A DNA stretch of 64,000 bases from an uncultured delta proteobacterium (GTDB lineage: Bacteria > Myxococcota_A > Polyangia > Haliangiales > Haliangiaceae), in the NCBI GenBank assembly GCA_963848295.1, contig CAWKDB010000010.1:4448001-4512000 (forward strand). The letters run 5' to 3'. Positions 47,017-61,439 of this stretch are shown here, one piece after another; position 1 is the stretch's first letter, and every line of letters begins with the position of its first letter. The notes under the pieces are model-generated. The model had not been told where the DNA came from and searched no databases. It saw only the letters and a list, made by a program, of their open reading frames with translations. A program made the position numbers and the translations under genes.

Positions 47017-49389
47017 ATGGGCATCGAGGTCCCGAAGAGCAGTCCGGCCGCGCTGATCATCGCGGAAGAGGAGCGGCTTTTCGGCCAGGTCCAAGCCCGC
47101 GTCGCGCTCGGCGAAGAGGGTGACGAGCGACCGACCGTCGGGGCGTCCGACCTCGACAGCGACTTGTTGTCACTGCGCGATCAGATCTCCGAAGCGCGCG
47201 CCGAAGATCTGCCGCCGTTAGTCGAGCAGATGACGCGCCTCGCAGCGCTCAAGGCGCGACTCGGCGGTGGCAAGCAGCTGCCGGTCGATATCACGTCGCC
47301 ATACTTCGCTCACCTCCGGCTCAAGGAGCACGGCAAGACGCGCGACGTGATGGTCGGCAAGCGCGGCTTCATCGACCGTTCGTCGAACGTGCAGATCGTC
47401 GATTGGCGCAACGCGCCGGTGTCGCGGATCTATTACCGCTACGAAGAAGGCGATGACTACGAAGAGGAGATCGCCGGCAAGCGGGTCGAAGGCTTCGTCG
47501 AAGCGCGGCGCAACGTCTCGATCGCGCGCGGCAACCTGCGCCGGATCGGTACGCCGCAGGGCACGTACCTCAAGGATGCCCACGGCGCGTGGGTCCAGGC
47601 GGTCGGTCAGATCGTGCCGGTGCTGCACGGCGGCATGGGCAAGGCCGCCCGTCCGGTCGCGGCGGCGGGCGCGAAGGGGACGCTCGGCATCCATCACGGC
47701 GTCGCGCGCGCCGACAAGGCGTTGCCCGAGATCGCGGCGTTGATCGACAAGGAGCAGTTCGACCTGATCACGCAGCCGGGCAGCGGGATGGTCGTGATCC
47801 AAGGCGGCGCGGGCTCGGGCAAGACGACGGTCGCGCTCCACCGCGTCGCATACTTGAATTTCCAAGACAGCCGGCGGTTCAGCGCGCGCAGCATGTTGTT
47901 CGTCGTGCCGTCGCAGGCGCTCGTCCGCTACGTCGGTGGCGTGCTGCCGGCGCTCGGCGTTCAGGGTGTGCCGGTCCTGACCTACACCGGCTGGGCGCGG
48001 TCGACCCGGATGCGCTGCTTGCCGGATACGCCGGCGAAGTACAACGTCGAGCCGCCGGACCAAGTGTCGCGCGTCAAGAAGCATCCCGCGGTGATCGCGA
48101 TGCTCGCGGCGTACGTCGAGCGCCAGGCCGCGACGATCGGGAGCGAGCTCGCCGAGATCGCGCAAGTGGCGCTCGTCGAATGGAACCGGCTCGTCCGCCG
48201 CACGCTGGTGTCGCGGCTGTCGGGGCTGTCGAGCTGGGCGAAGAAGTCGGGCGAGCTCGATCCGCAAGTGCGCGTCGCGGTCGAAGGCTTCGCGAAGCGC
48301 TGGAAGAAGCGCGCCGACGATTGCGTGCTCGATTGGGCCGAGCTGTTCACCGACCCGGCCGCGCTCGCCGACGGCTTCGCCGGTACCGACGTCAGCGCGC
48401 GCGATATCGAGCGCGTCGTCACGTGGATGCGCCGCCAGCTCGCGAAACCGGAGAAAGCGCCCGTCGACGAAGAGGGCAACCCGGTGCTCGACTCGCAAGG
48501 CGAGCCGATGGGCATCGACGAGGACGATCCGGCGGGCAAGTTCGACGACGAAGACGATCCGATCTTGCTGCGGCTGGTCCAGCTCAAGCGTGGTGGGCTC
48601 GCGCCGCCGGGCGACGATGCGCTCGTCTACGAGCACGTCGCGATCGACGAGGCGCAAGATCGCTCGGCCCTCGAGGTCAAGGTGCTGGTCGAAGCTGTCC
48701 GGGCACCGGACGACGATCCGGCGAAGCGCTCGGTCACGATCGCGGGCGACACCGCGCAGCGCCTCGTGTTCGACAACAACTTCACGACCTGGGCCGAGCT
48801 GCTCGGCTACGTCTCGGGCGCGGGCAGCGCCGCCGCCATCGTTCGGCCGTTGAAGCTGTCGTATCGCTCGACCGCCGAGGTCATGCTGCTCGCGCGCGAG
48901 ATCCTCGGGCCCGAGCTCGCACCCGAGGAGCCACTCGCGGCGCGTCCCGGCGAACCGGTCGAGCTGCACGAGTTCGGCGATCTCGGCGAGGCGATCGCGT
49001 TCCTCGGCGACGCGCTGCGCACGCTGATGGCGCACGAGCCGACCGCTTCGTGCGCGGTGATCTCGCGCCACGCCGAACAAGCCGACGCGTACTACGACGG
49101 CTTGAAGCGCGCCGAGGTGCCTTCGCTGCGCCGGATTCGCCGCGACGAGTTCAACTTTCAGCCCGGCGTCGACGTCACCGACGTCGCGCACGTCAAAGGT
49201 CTCGAGTTCGACTACGTCGTGATGGTCGACGTCAACGCCGCGAGCTATCCGGACGTGCACTGGGCGCGTCACCTGCTGCACATCGGCGTCACGCGCGCCG
49301 CGCATCAGCTCTGGCTCGTGTCGACCGGCGAGGTCAGCCCGCTCGTCCCCGCCGCGCTGCGCGACGGCGGCCGCATGGGCGTCGGCTAG
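47017..49389 (+). CDS. HelD/UvrD-like superfamily 1 helicase-like ATPase
   Basis: PYFAH, IVDWRNAP, GGAGSGKTTVALHRVAYL, IDEAQD, GDTAQ, SYRST, KGLEFD, VTRA. Confidence 0.88.
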   Translation: MGIEVPKSSPAALIIAEEERLFGQVQARVALGEEGDERPTVGASDLDSDLLSLRDQISEARAEDLPPLVEQMTRLAALKARLGGGKQLPVDITSPYFAHLRLKEHGKTRDVMVGKRGFIDRSSNVQIVDWRNAPVSRIYYRYEEGDDYEEEIAGKRVEGFVEARRNVSIARGNLRRIGTPQGTYLKDAHGAWVQAVGQIVPVLHGGMGKAARPVAAAGAKGTLGIHHGVARADKALPEIAALIDKEQFDLITQPGSGMVVIQGGAGSGKTTVALHRVAYLNFQDSRRFSARSMLFVVPSQALVRYVGGVLPALGVQGVPVLTYTGWARSTRMRCLPDTPAKYNVEPPDQVSRVKKHPAVIAMLAAYVERQAATIGSELAEIAQVALVEWNRLVRRTLVSRLSGLSSWAKKSGELDPQVRVAVEGFAKRWKKRADDCVLDWAELFTDPAALADGFAGTDVSARDIERVVTWMRRQLAKPEKAPVDEEGNPVLDSQGEPMGIDEDDPAGKFDDEDDPILLRLVQLKRGGLAPPGDDALVYEHVAIDEAQDRSALEVKVLVEAVRAPDDDPAKRSVTIAGDTAQRLVFDNNFTTWAELLGYVSGAGSAAAIVRPLKLSYRSTAEVMLLAREILGPELAPEEPLAARPGEPVELHEFGDLGEAIAFLGDALRTLMAHEPTASCAVISRHAEQADAYYDGLKRAEVPSLRRIRRDEFNFQPGVDVTDVAHVKGLEFDYVVMVDVNAASYPDVHWARHLLHIGVTRAAHQLWLVSTGEVSPLVPAALRDGGRMGVG

Positions 49390-49394
49390 CGCGC

Positions 49395-49432
49395 GTCCGG
49401 CACGCGCGGATTCGTCCGCGAGTCGGCCGGAC
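49395..49432 (+). terminator. GC-rich hairpin after the helicase gene (possible terminator or stabiliser)
   Basis: GTCCGGC...CGCGGA-TTCG-TCCGCG...GCCGGAC; no U-tract. Confidence 0.35.
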
Positions 49433-49525
49433 ACTGGACGGCGTCGCTCGACGTTTCGGTTGCTTAGCTGCAGCACGCAAAGTGCTTGGCCTATGTCGAA
49501 AGCACCCGTTACACTGGAGCAGCCG

Positions 49526-49861
49526 ATGGACAGCAACGACATCACGATCGAGATCTTGAAAGAGATCCGCGACGAGATCCGGAACACCAACGGCCGGATC
49601 GACACAACGAATACGCGAATCGATCAGACCAACATCCAGCTCGACCAGCTCGGGCACGATCTGGAAGGCAAGATCGATCACCTGCGCTCCGACCTGGTCA
49701 CGCGCATGGCCGAGACCGAGATCCGGACCTCGACCGCGCTCGCCGACGTCGCCGGCACGATGCGCGACGTGCGCGACCTACTCCGCGATCGCTTCGACCT
49801 GCGCGATCGCGTCGAGCGCTGCGAGCGCGACATCGACGAGCTCAAGCACCGCGTCGGCTGA
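49526..49861 (+). CDS. Small coiled-coil hypothetical protein
   Basis: Heptad pattern (TNGRIDTTNTRIDQTNIQLDQL); GGAG upstream of ATG. Confidence 0.72.
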   Translation: MDSNDITIEILKEIRDEIRNTNGRIDTTNTRIDQTNIQLDQLGHDLEGKIDHLRSDLVTRMAETEIRTSTALADVAGTMRDVRDLLRDRFDLRDRVERCERDIDELKHRVG

Positions 49862-49891
49862 TTCGACGAACCGATCGGCGGCCGCCGCCGA

Positions 49892-50353
49892 CTACTGATG
49901 ATCGGGATGGCGAATCGTCAGCACCGGCGCCTTCGCGCTACGCACGACGCGCTCGGCCACGCTGCCGATCAAGAGATGCGTTAGCCCGCTGCGGCCGTGG
50001 GTGCCGAGCACGAGCAGCTCGGCTTTGTGTTCGTCGGCGAACCGCAAGATCTCTTCGACCGGCTTGCCGATCACGACATAGGTCGAAGCCGGCGTGCCGT
50101 CCTTCGCGAGCCGCAACGCGATATCGGCGAGGTGCTGCTCCGCGGACGACACCGCGTAGGTCTTGATGTTGATCGGCGCACCGGTGTCGGCCGGCACGAT
50201 CGCGGAATCCATGCCGAGCTGATCCGGCAGATCGATGACATGGAGCAACAGCAACTTGCCGCCATGCGTCTTCGCCTCGTCGCGCGCGATCGCCGCCGCG
50301 TGATTCGCCGAGGCCGAGAAGTCATGGGGAACGAGGATCGTCTTCCAGCTCAT
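49892..50353 (-). CDS. Universal stress protein
   Basis: KTILVPHDFS, LLHVI, GKPVEEI, GTHGRSG, IGSVAERVVRSAKAPVL. Confidence 0.95.
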   Translation of the reverse strand: MSWKTILVPHDFSASANHAAAIARDEAKTHGGKLLLLHVIDLPDQLGMDSAIVPADTGAPINIKTYAVSSAEQHLADIALRLAKDGTPASTYVVIGKPVEEILRFADEHKAELLVLGTHGRSGLTHLLIGSVAERVVRSAKAPVLTIRHPDHQ

Positions 50354-50422
50354 GGCCGCAGCGTCGCAGAGCGACTCGCCAACGGCAAGCCATGGACCGG
50401 CAACTCGGCTAGGCTCGCGACC

Positions 50423-51661
50423 GTGGTGCGCTCCGCAACGCGAGGGACCGAGATCGCTGCCCTCGCAGCGCGGCGCAACGAAGAGCAGGTGCGGTCCGAA
50501 GGGTCGTTGCTCGGCGAGAAGCGCGCGGCGGTGGCTCGGCTCGCGATGGTCGCGATGTTCGCGGTCGTCAGCAGCGTGCGCTCGGGGCCGCGCAACTGGG
50601 GCCAGTTCGTCGTCGGCGCGATCTACACGGTGTTCGGCGCGGTCACGCTCTACGCCATGAGCAGGCTCAAGGTGGCGAGCCCGCGGCGCGCGCTGTGGGT
50701 CCCGATCCCGCTGACGCTCGTCGACACCGCCGCGGTCACGACGCTCGGCGCCCTCGAGGTGTCGTTCACCGGCGTGTTTAACGCCGGCCAGCAGGCGATC
50801 GCGCTCGCGATCATCGTGTCGTTCTCGGTCGCGCGGCGATCGGTCTGGCACGTCGTGCTATCGGTCGCGTGCGCAGAGATCGTGCTCGTGATCGACATCG
50901 CGCAGGGCTGGCTCGTCGGCCACGCCGCGGTGTTCATCGTGACCGCGTTCGCGGTGCTCGGCTTCGTGCTGTCGCTGACCAACCGCGCGATCGGCCGGAT
51001 GTTCCAAGACCTGCGCCGGCGCGACAACCTCGCCCGGTTCCTCCCGCAGCAGGTGGCCGACCGCGTCCTCGCGAGCGGCGCCGAGGCGCTCGCTCCGGTC
51101 GAGCGCGAGGTCACCGTGCTGTTCAGCGACATCCGAGGGTTCACGTCGCTGTCCGAGGGGCTCGAGCCGCGCGACGTGCTCGCGATGCTCGACGATTACT
51201 TCGGCCGGATGGGCCAGGTCGTCAAAGGCCGTGACGGCGTGATCGGCAAGTTCCTCGGCGATGGCTTGCTCGCGTTCTGGGGCGTTCCAGATCGGCTTGA
51301 CGATCACGCGACGAAGGCGGTGCAAGCGGCGCGCGACATGCGCACCGTGCTCGTCGAGGTCAATCGTCATCGCGAGCGCGACAAGCTGGCGCCGCTGAAG
51401 ATCGGCATCGGCATCCACACCGGCAAGGTCGCGGCCGGCATGCTCGGTAGCGAGCTCTTCGCCGAGTACACGATCATCGGCGATGCGGTCAATGTCGCGT
51501 CGCGCATCGAAGGCCTCACCAAGGAGCACGGCGTGGACGTGCTGATCAGCGAGACGACCTACGCTCAGCTGCGCGCGCCCGAGCGCGTGTGCAAGCTCGC
51601 GGAGGCTGCCATCCGCGGCCGCAAAGAGCCGGTCGTGCTCTATACCCTCGAGGAGACCTGA
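50423..51661 (+). CDS. Membrane-bound class III adenylate/guanylate cyclase
   Basis: Multiple TM helices; VLFSDIRGFT, KFLGDG, IGIHTG, YTIIGDAVNVASRIE. Start GTG 50423 inferred from TAGGCT box. Confidence 0.9.
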   Translation: MVRSATRGTEIAALAARRNEEQVRSEGSLLGEKRAAVARLAMVAMFAVVSSVRSGPRNWGQFVVGAIYTVFGAVTLYAMSRLKVASPRRALWVPIPLTLVDTAAVTTLGALEVSFTGVFNAGQQAIALAIIVSFSVARRSVWHVVLSVACAEIVLVIDIAQGWLVGHAAVFIVTAFAVLGFVLSLTNRAIGRMFQDLRRRDNLARFLPQQVADRVLASGAEALAPVEREVTVLFSDIRGFTSLSEGLEPRDVLAMLDDYFGRMGQVVKGRDGVIGKFLGDGLLAFWGVPDRLDDHATKAVQAARDMRTVLVEVNRHRERDKLAPLKIGIGIHTGKVAAGMLGSELFAEYTIIGDAVNVASRIEGLTKEHGVDVLISETTYAQLRAPERVCKLAEAAIRGRKEPVVLYTLEET

Positions 51662-51664
51662 CGC

Positions 51665-52087
51665 ATGAGCCTGAGCATCCACCTGTCGTACAGCGGCCAG
51701 TGCGAAGCCGCGTTTCAATTCTACCAGCGCAGCCTCGCCGGTACATTCGAGACCTCGATCGCGTTGACGAGGTACGGCGACACGCCGATGGCGGCGCAGC
51801 TGCCCGAAGACTGGCGCGACAAGATCGTGCACGGCAACATCATGATCGGCGGCGTGAGCGTGGCCGGCGCCGACGTCCTGCCGAAGGACTACGAGTCGCC
51901 TCGCGGGTTTTCAGTGCTGCTCGATGTCCACGACGTCGCGGCGGCGGAACGCGTGTTTCATGCGCTCGCCGAGCATGGCACGGTGACGATGCCGATCCAG
52001 CAGACGTTCTGGGCGAAGCGGTTCGGCGTGCTGACCGACCAGTTCGGGATTCCGTGGGAGATCAATAGCGGCGCGGGGCCGGACTGA
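51665..52087 (+). CDS. VOC family protein (PhnB-like)
   Basis: GQCEAAFQFY, KIVHG, MPIQQTFWAKRFGVLTDQFGIPW. Confidence 0.92.
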   Translation: MSLSIHLSYSGQCEAAFQFYQRSLAGTFETSIALTRYGDTPMAAQLPEDWRDKIVHGNIMIGGVSVAGADVLPKDYESPRGFSVLLDVHDVAAAERVFHALAEHGTVTMPIQQTFWAKRFGVLTDQFGIPWEINSGAGPD

Positions 52088-52092
52088 GCCCG

Positions 52093-52508
52093 CTCTACAG
52101 CGGCGGCAGGCCTCGCACCGCCGCGAGCATCACCTGTCGCGCTTACGCGCCGTCGCGCGCGCGATCGGCTCGGCGTCGTCGGAGTCATCGTCCTCGCCGC
52201 TCCGCACGACTCCGACCGCGGTGCGCACGACGGCCGCCACCATATCCGCGGCGACGCCGATCACCGGCGCCTGGTCCTCGACCGAGGTCACGATGTTCAT
52301 CTGGTACGTCGGCGCCGGCGCCGCGGGCGGCGGCTTCAACATCTCGGCCAGCCCCCTGGCCATCGCGGCCGCCGACGGATCGATCGCGACGCCGGTGCGT
52401 TCGCCGCAGTGCGGGCACTTCACGACTTGTTCGTGCACCGGCTGACTACACGCTTCGCATCGAATCGCCACGCGTCGATCATAGCGCACTCTACAGCGGC
52501 GGCAGGCC
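52093..52508. repeat. 20-bp exact direct repeat (52093-52112 and 52489-52508)
   Basis: CTCTACAGCGGCGGCAGGCC occurs at both positions; the second copy is the 3' end of the L,D-transpeptidase-like gene. Confidence 0.9.
52130..52471 (-). CDS. Zn-ribbon hypothetical protein
   Basis: N-terminal CEAC...CPHC; GTG 52471 preceded by TATGAT. Confidence 0.65.
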   Translation of the reverse strand: MAIRCEACSQPVHEQVVKCPHCGERTGVAIDPSAAAMARGLAEMLKPPPAAPAPTYQMNIVTSVEDQAPVIGVAADMVAAVVRTAVGVVRSGEDDDSDDAEPIARATARKRDR

Positions 52509-53270
52509 CCACGCAGGTGCGAGCGCGACGTAGTCGGCGCGCGGCAGCAGCACGAACGCGGCGCCTGGCTCGAGCGAGGTCACGAGCTGCGCGAGCTGCG
52601 GCTCCGCCATCGCCGTGCAGCCGACGGTCGCAGAGTCGGGCCCGCTCCACTCGTGCAAGAAGATGCAGCTGCCGTCGCCCGAGACGCGCGTCGGGTTGTG
52701 CGCGACGTCGATCACCCAGGTGTAGAGCGCGTCGTCGCGCTTCATCATCTCCGAGCTCATCCAATCGATCTTCGCGATCGTCGAGCGATCGAGGATCTGC
52801 CCGTAGTGCTTCGACAACGGATCGTCGACGCACTCCCAGCTCTTGGTGACCGCGGTGTACGGCAGCTTCGCGCCCGCGGGGGCCGCCGCGGCGTAGCCGT
52901 AGGCCGCGCGTAGGTCGTAGACGCCGGCCGGGCTCTTGCGGTCGCCTTCGCGCTTCGTCGGACCATTGCGTCCGGCCGGGGCACCATCGCCGTGCGCGCC
53001 GTTGCCCCACGCCGCACCGCCGGCGCCGATCACGGCGGGCCAGGCGTCGCCGACCGGCTTCCAGCTCGCGCCGTCGCGTTGCCATAACCGCAGAGTCGCC
53101 TTGGTGGAAGTCCAGTCGTCGATGATCGCGGTGACGAGCTGCGGCCGCTCGCCGAGCGAGCGCCGCCGCGCCGCCATGAGCAACGGCCCGTTGCGCAAGC
53201 CCGCTGCCGGCTCCTCGTGAGCCTTGCACCCCGCGACGACCGCGATCACGGCGACGAGCGCGAGCTTCAC
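52491..53270 (-). CDS. L,D-transpeptidase (YkuD-like) family lipoprotein
   Basis: Lipobox [31 protein letters not shown] overlap with nadA. Confidence 0.85.
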   Translation of the reverse strand: MKLALVAVIAVVAGCKAHEEPAAGLRNGPLLMAARRRSLGERPQLVTAIIDDWTSTKATLRLWQRDGASWKPVGDAWPAVIGAGGAAWGNGAHGDGAPAGRNGPTKREGDRKSPAGVYDLRAAYGYAAAAPAGAKLPYTAVTKSWECVDDPLSKHYGQILDRSTIAKIDWMSSEMMKRDDALYTWVIDVAHNPTRVSGDGSCIFLHEWSGPDSATVGCTAMAEPQLAQLVTSLEPGAAFVLLPRADYVALAPAWGLPPL

Positions 53271-54235
53271 GGCATCTCGAGCATGCGCTGGATCGGCCGC
53301 AGCGCCTTGACGCGCACCGCCTCCGGCACGTCGACGCGCGGCTCGAGATCGCGCAACGCGAGATACAGCTTCGCGAGCGTGTTCTTGCGCATGAACGGGC
53401 ACATGTTGCACGAGCAGCTCTCGTCTTCCGGTGGCGCCATGATCAACGTCTTACCGGGGGCCGCTTGTTGCATCTTGTGGGCGATTCCCGCTTCGGTCGC
53501 GACGATGAACGTCTGCTTGGCGCTCGTCCGCGCGCGCTCGATCAGGCCGCTGGTCGATGCGATGAACGTCGCGTGGCGCAGGATCGCGGACGTGCACTCG
53601 GGGTGCGCGATGACCTCGGCGTCGGGGTGCTGCGCGATCAGCTCGAGCAACCGGCGCTCGCTGAACGTCTCGTGGACGATGCACGTGCCCTGCCACAGGA
53701 CCAGATCCGGCCGCTGCGCTTCCTTCTGGACGAACGCACCGAGGTGGCGATCCGGCGCGAAAACGACCTTCTCGCCGGCGAGCGCCTTGACGATCTTCAC
53801 CGCGTTCGACGACGTGCAGATCACATCCGACAGCGCTTTGACCTCCGCCGAGCAGTTGATGTAGCTGACGACGGTGTGGCCGGGATACTGCTCGAGCCAG
53901 CGCGCGAACACCGGGGCGGGGCAGCCGTCGGCGAGCGAGCAGCCGGCGGTGAGATCCGGGACGACGACGATCTTGCTCGGGTTCAAGATCTTCGCGGTCT
54001 CGGCCATGAAGTGGACGCCGCAGAACGCGATGACATCCGCGCTCGTCTTCGCCGCCGCTTGGGAGAGCTGGAGCGAATCGCCGACGTGATCGGCGAGGTC
54101 CTGGAGCTCGGACTCTTGGTAGTAGTGCGCCAGGATCACCGCGTTGCGCTCGGCCTTGAGCCGGCGGATCTCGCTCTCGAGCTCGGCGTCATCGAGCTCG
54201 AGCTCGGGTTGCCCGACGACCGGAAGCTTGGTCAT
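53267..54235 (-). CDS. nadA: Quinolinate synthase
   Basis: [44 protein letters not shown]. Confidence 0.97.
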   Translation of the reverse strand: MTKLPVVGQPELELDDAELESEIRRLKAERNAVILAHYYQESELQDLADHVGDSLQLSQAAAKTSADVIAFCGVHFMAETAKILNPSKIVVVPDLTAGCSLADGCPAPVFARWLEQYPGHTVVSYINCSAEVKALSDVICTSSNAVKIVKALAGEKVVFAPDRHLGAFVQKEAQRPDLVLWQGTCIVHETFSERRLLELIAQHPDAEVIAHPECTSAILRHATFIASTSGLIERARTSAKQTFIVATEAGIAHKMQQAAPGKTLIMAPPEDESCSCNMCPFMRKNTLAKLYLALRDLEPRVDVPEAVRVKALRPIQRMLEMP

Positions 54236-54311
54236 GGGATCTCGTACCACGCCCGCACGTCGCGACAACGTCGCGGCGCGCAGCGGCGCGCAGCGGTGTA
54301 GTGTCCCTGCC

Positions 54312-55214
54312 GTGATGTCCGGAGCCCCGCCGGAGCTCGAGCCTGGCGTTCGCGTCGGGCGCTATCGCGTGGTCGGCGAGCTCGGGCGCGGCGGCATGGG
54401 CGGCGTGTGGGAGGTCGAGGACGAGGCCGGCACGAGGTTCGCGCTCAAGGCACCCGCTTCCGGCGTCGCGGCGCCGCCGATGGTGACGCAGCGGTTCGCG
54501 CGCGAGGCGAACGCGGTGCGCCTGCTCGATCATCCAAACCTCGTCGGCGCGGTCGACGTGTTCGTCGAGGCGGGCTACCTGTTTCTCGTGATGGAGCGCG
54601 TCGTCGGGCGCACGCTGACCAAGGTGATGGCGCCCGGTCCGCTCGCGCCGCGGCGCGCCCTCGTGCTCGCCCGCCAGGTGCTCGAAGGCGCCGGCCATGC
54701 GCACGCCGCCGGTGTCATCCACCGCGATCTCAAGCCCGACAACATCATGCTCGTCGAGCGCGGCGAACCCGGCAACACGTGGGAGACCGCGAAGATCGTC
54801 GACTTCGGGCTGGTCAAGCTGATCGGCGACGCCGAGGCCGCGTTCGGCGGCGGCAAGCTGACCTCGGTCGGCATCGTGTTCGGCACGCCGACGTACATGG
54901 CGCCGGAACAAGCGCAAGGCCAGCCGATCGATGGCCGCAGCGATCTCTATTCGATCGGCACGATGCTGTTCGAGATGCTGACCGGCCGGGCGCCGTTCGA
55001 CGAGCGCGATCCGATGAAGGTCATGAGGATGCAGGTCAAGATGCCGCCGCCGCGCCTCGACGAGGTCGAACCCGGCGCGCGCTGGGTGACGCCCGAGCTG
55101 ATCGCGCTCATCGAGGGCGCGCTGATCAAGGAGCCCGCCGATCGGTTCCCCCATGCCGCCGCGATGCTCGCGGCGCTCGACGACGCGTTCTTATCGCTCG
55201 ACCGCGTCGTGTAG
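54312..55214 (+). CDS. Cytoplasmic Ser/Thr protein kinase (kinase domain only)
   Basis: [30 protein letters not shown]. Start GTG 54312 or ATG 54315. Confidence 0.93.
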   Translation: MMSGAPPELEPGVRVGRYRVVGELGRGGMGGVWEVEDEAGTRFALKAPASGVAAPPMVTQRFAREANAVRLLDHPNLVGAVDVFVEAGYLFLVMERVVGRTLTKVMAPGPLAPRRALVLARQVLEGAGHAHAAGVIHRDLKPDNIMLVERGEPGNTWETAKIVDFGLVKLIGDAEAAFGGGKLTSVGIVFGTPTYMAPEQAQGQPIDGRSDLYSIGTMLFEMLTGRAPFDERDPMKVMRMQVKMPPPRLDEVEPGARWVTPELIALIEGALIKEPADRFPHAAAMLAALDDAFLSLDRVV

Positions 55215-55260
55215 CTGCTTGCAATCCCTTCGGGATAGCGCCAAGGTCCAGCTCTAGAAC

Positions 55261-57015
<1,755 letters not shown>

Positions 57016-57116
57016 ACGAGGGCGCCGGGCGGTCCCGGAGTCCGGCCGGGCATGGCCTGGGTCATCGTCGACACTCGGTAACCCTGAGCGTGCACTGATC
57101 GCGCGGATCAGGTAGA

Positions 57117-58226
57117 ATGGCTCAGCGGGCCGCCGTGACAGTCCAGCCGAAGCGCAGCCTCAAGGTCGAGAAGCTAGCGCGCATCTACGACGAAGAGATC
57201 GCGCCCGTGTGGGGGACGCGCTTCGGCAAGATGTTGCTGCGAAACCTGAGCGTCCCGGCGCGCGGCCAGGTGCTCGACATCTCGTGCGGCACCGGCTATC
57301 CGACGGTCGAGATCCTGCGCCGGATGAGCGAAGGCAGCCGGTTGATCGCGATCGACGCGTCGAGCGCGATGCTCGATGTCGCGCGCCGTAAGGTGGCCGA
57401 CCTCGGTCCGCTCGGCAAGAAAGGCGTGTTCTTTCGCACCGAGAGTCCGGTGCCGAAGCTGTCGTTCGCCGACGACGTCTACGATCTCGTCGTGTGCAAT
57501 CTCGGGCTCGCCGAGATGCCGAGCCTCGAGATCGCGCTGCGCGACTTCGCGCGCGTCGCCAAGCGCGGCGGCGAGGTGCGGTGCACGCTCCCGCTGATCG
57601 GCACGTTCGAGGAGTTCCACGACCTGTATCGCGAGGTGCTGATCAAGCACGACAAGCACGAGGCGCTCGATCGCCTCGAGAAGCAGATCGCGCGCTATCC
57701 GACGGTCGATTACATCGAACGCTGCATCGAGAGCGCAGGACTCGACGGCGAGATCGTGATCGAAGAGTTCACGCTGCTATTCAAGAGCTCGCGCGAGTTC
57801 TTCTTCGCGCCGGTGATCGAGTACGGCCCGCTCGCCGATTGGAAGGACATCGCGGGCGCCGGCCAAGAGATGCAGGACGTGTTCTGGTACATCAAGGAAG
57901 CGATCGACGCGTACTTCGATGGCCGCCCGTTCCAGGTCACGGTCAAGGCCGGCTGCATCATCGGCAAGAAGCTCGAAGCCGGTGCGGCGCCGGAGCTCGA
58001 CATCCAGATCGAAGAGGCGTCCTACGACGAAGAGGCCGATACCGATCTGCCACGTCGACCGCACCAGATCGCCGCGGGCTCGGTCCAGCTCGCCGATCCC
58101 GACGAGCTACAAGTCGAAGAGCTCGAGGCGCAGGGCGACACGCCGATCGACGAAGGCTCGATCGAGGAACAAGAGCTCGACGCGTTCATCGAAGGCCGCA
58201 AGCGGCCGACCCATCTGGACGATTGA
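57117..58226 (+). CDS. Class I SAM-dependent methyltransferase with acidic C-terminal tail
   Basis: VLDISCGTG, AIDASSAML, YDLVVCN; last ~80 aa E/D-rich. Start may be GTG 57135. Confidence 0.85.
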   Translation: MAQRAAVTVQPKRSLKVEKLARIYDEEIAPVWGTRFGKMLLRNLSVPARGQVLDISCGTGYPTVEILRRMSEGSRLIAIDASSAMLDVARRKVADLGPLGKKGVFFRTESPVPKLSFADDVYDLVVCNLGLAEMPSLEIALRDFARVAKRGGEVRCTLPLIGTFEEFHDLYREVLIKHDKHEALDRLEKQIARYPTVDYIERCIESAGLDGEIVIEEFTLLFKSSREFFFAPVIEYGPLADWKDIAGAGQEMQDVFWYIKEAIDAYFDGRPFQVTVKAGCIIGKKLEAGAAPELDIQIEEASYDEEADTDLPRRPHQIAAGSVQLADPDELQVEELEAQGDTPIDEGSIEEQELDAFIEGRKRPTHLDD

Positions 58227-58397
58227 GAAGGGGCCTATGCGCGGGCGACTGCGGAGACGCTGCGCCGTCGGGCGAGGAGCCGTTGCTGCGCGATCCGATG
58301 GTCGCGCGACGACATCACGAGATGAACGAACACGATCACCGTGCCTAGTGTCAGGTCCGAAAGCGTCTTCTCGATGCGATCAGCAGCTGCCCACATG

Positions 58398-58613
58398 TCA
58401 AGCCTCACACTCGATCGCGACGGCGGGATACGAGTCGCTGAGAAATGCGGCGAGCTCTCGATTCGTCGCGAACGAGCCGACGAGCACCACCCTGCTCACG
58501 AGCTCCGGTGTCTCGAGCTGGACGATCGCGTCGAGCGGCGTCCCCACCTGGATCACATCTCCCTGCGGTCGTGCCCTCGGGCCGTCTGAGGACATGATCA
58601 TCGTCTGATGCAT
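58398..58613 (-). CDS. Small hypothetical protein (71 aa)
   Basis: AGGAGG RBS before ATG 58613; sigma-54-like site upstream; alpha/beta pattern. Confidence 0.55.
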   Translation of the reverse strand: MHQTMIMSSDGPRARPQGDVIQVGTPLDAIVQLETPELVSRVVLVGSFATNRELAAFLSDSYPAVAIECEA

Positions 58614-58644
58614 TTCGGGCCTCCTGTCCACGAACGTAGTGACG

Positions 58645-58660
58645 TGCAACCGTAAGACCA
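58645..58660 (-). promoter_or_regulatory. Putative sigma-54 promoter
   Basis: Minus strand TGGTCTTACGGTTGCA (TGG-N8-TTGCA). Confidence 0.45.
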
Positions 58661-58711
58661 CGTCCTCGCTCGTGGTTGCGATGGGGCGGAGCGTCCCCGG
58701 ATTGCCTCTAA

Positions 58712-61290
<2,579 letters not shown>

Positions 61291-61439
61291 GACGGTTCTC
61301 TCTGAAAGTGAATCGAGCCAGCTAGACATACCAGCAAAGTGGCGTTCGAGAGCGGTCTGGAACAAGCTCGAGAGCGCGGCTGAGCCCGTCGTCGCGGCCG
61401 GCGACGGCAGGCTCGGTGGTCGGCGAACCGCCGACCGAA

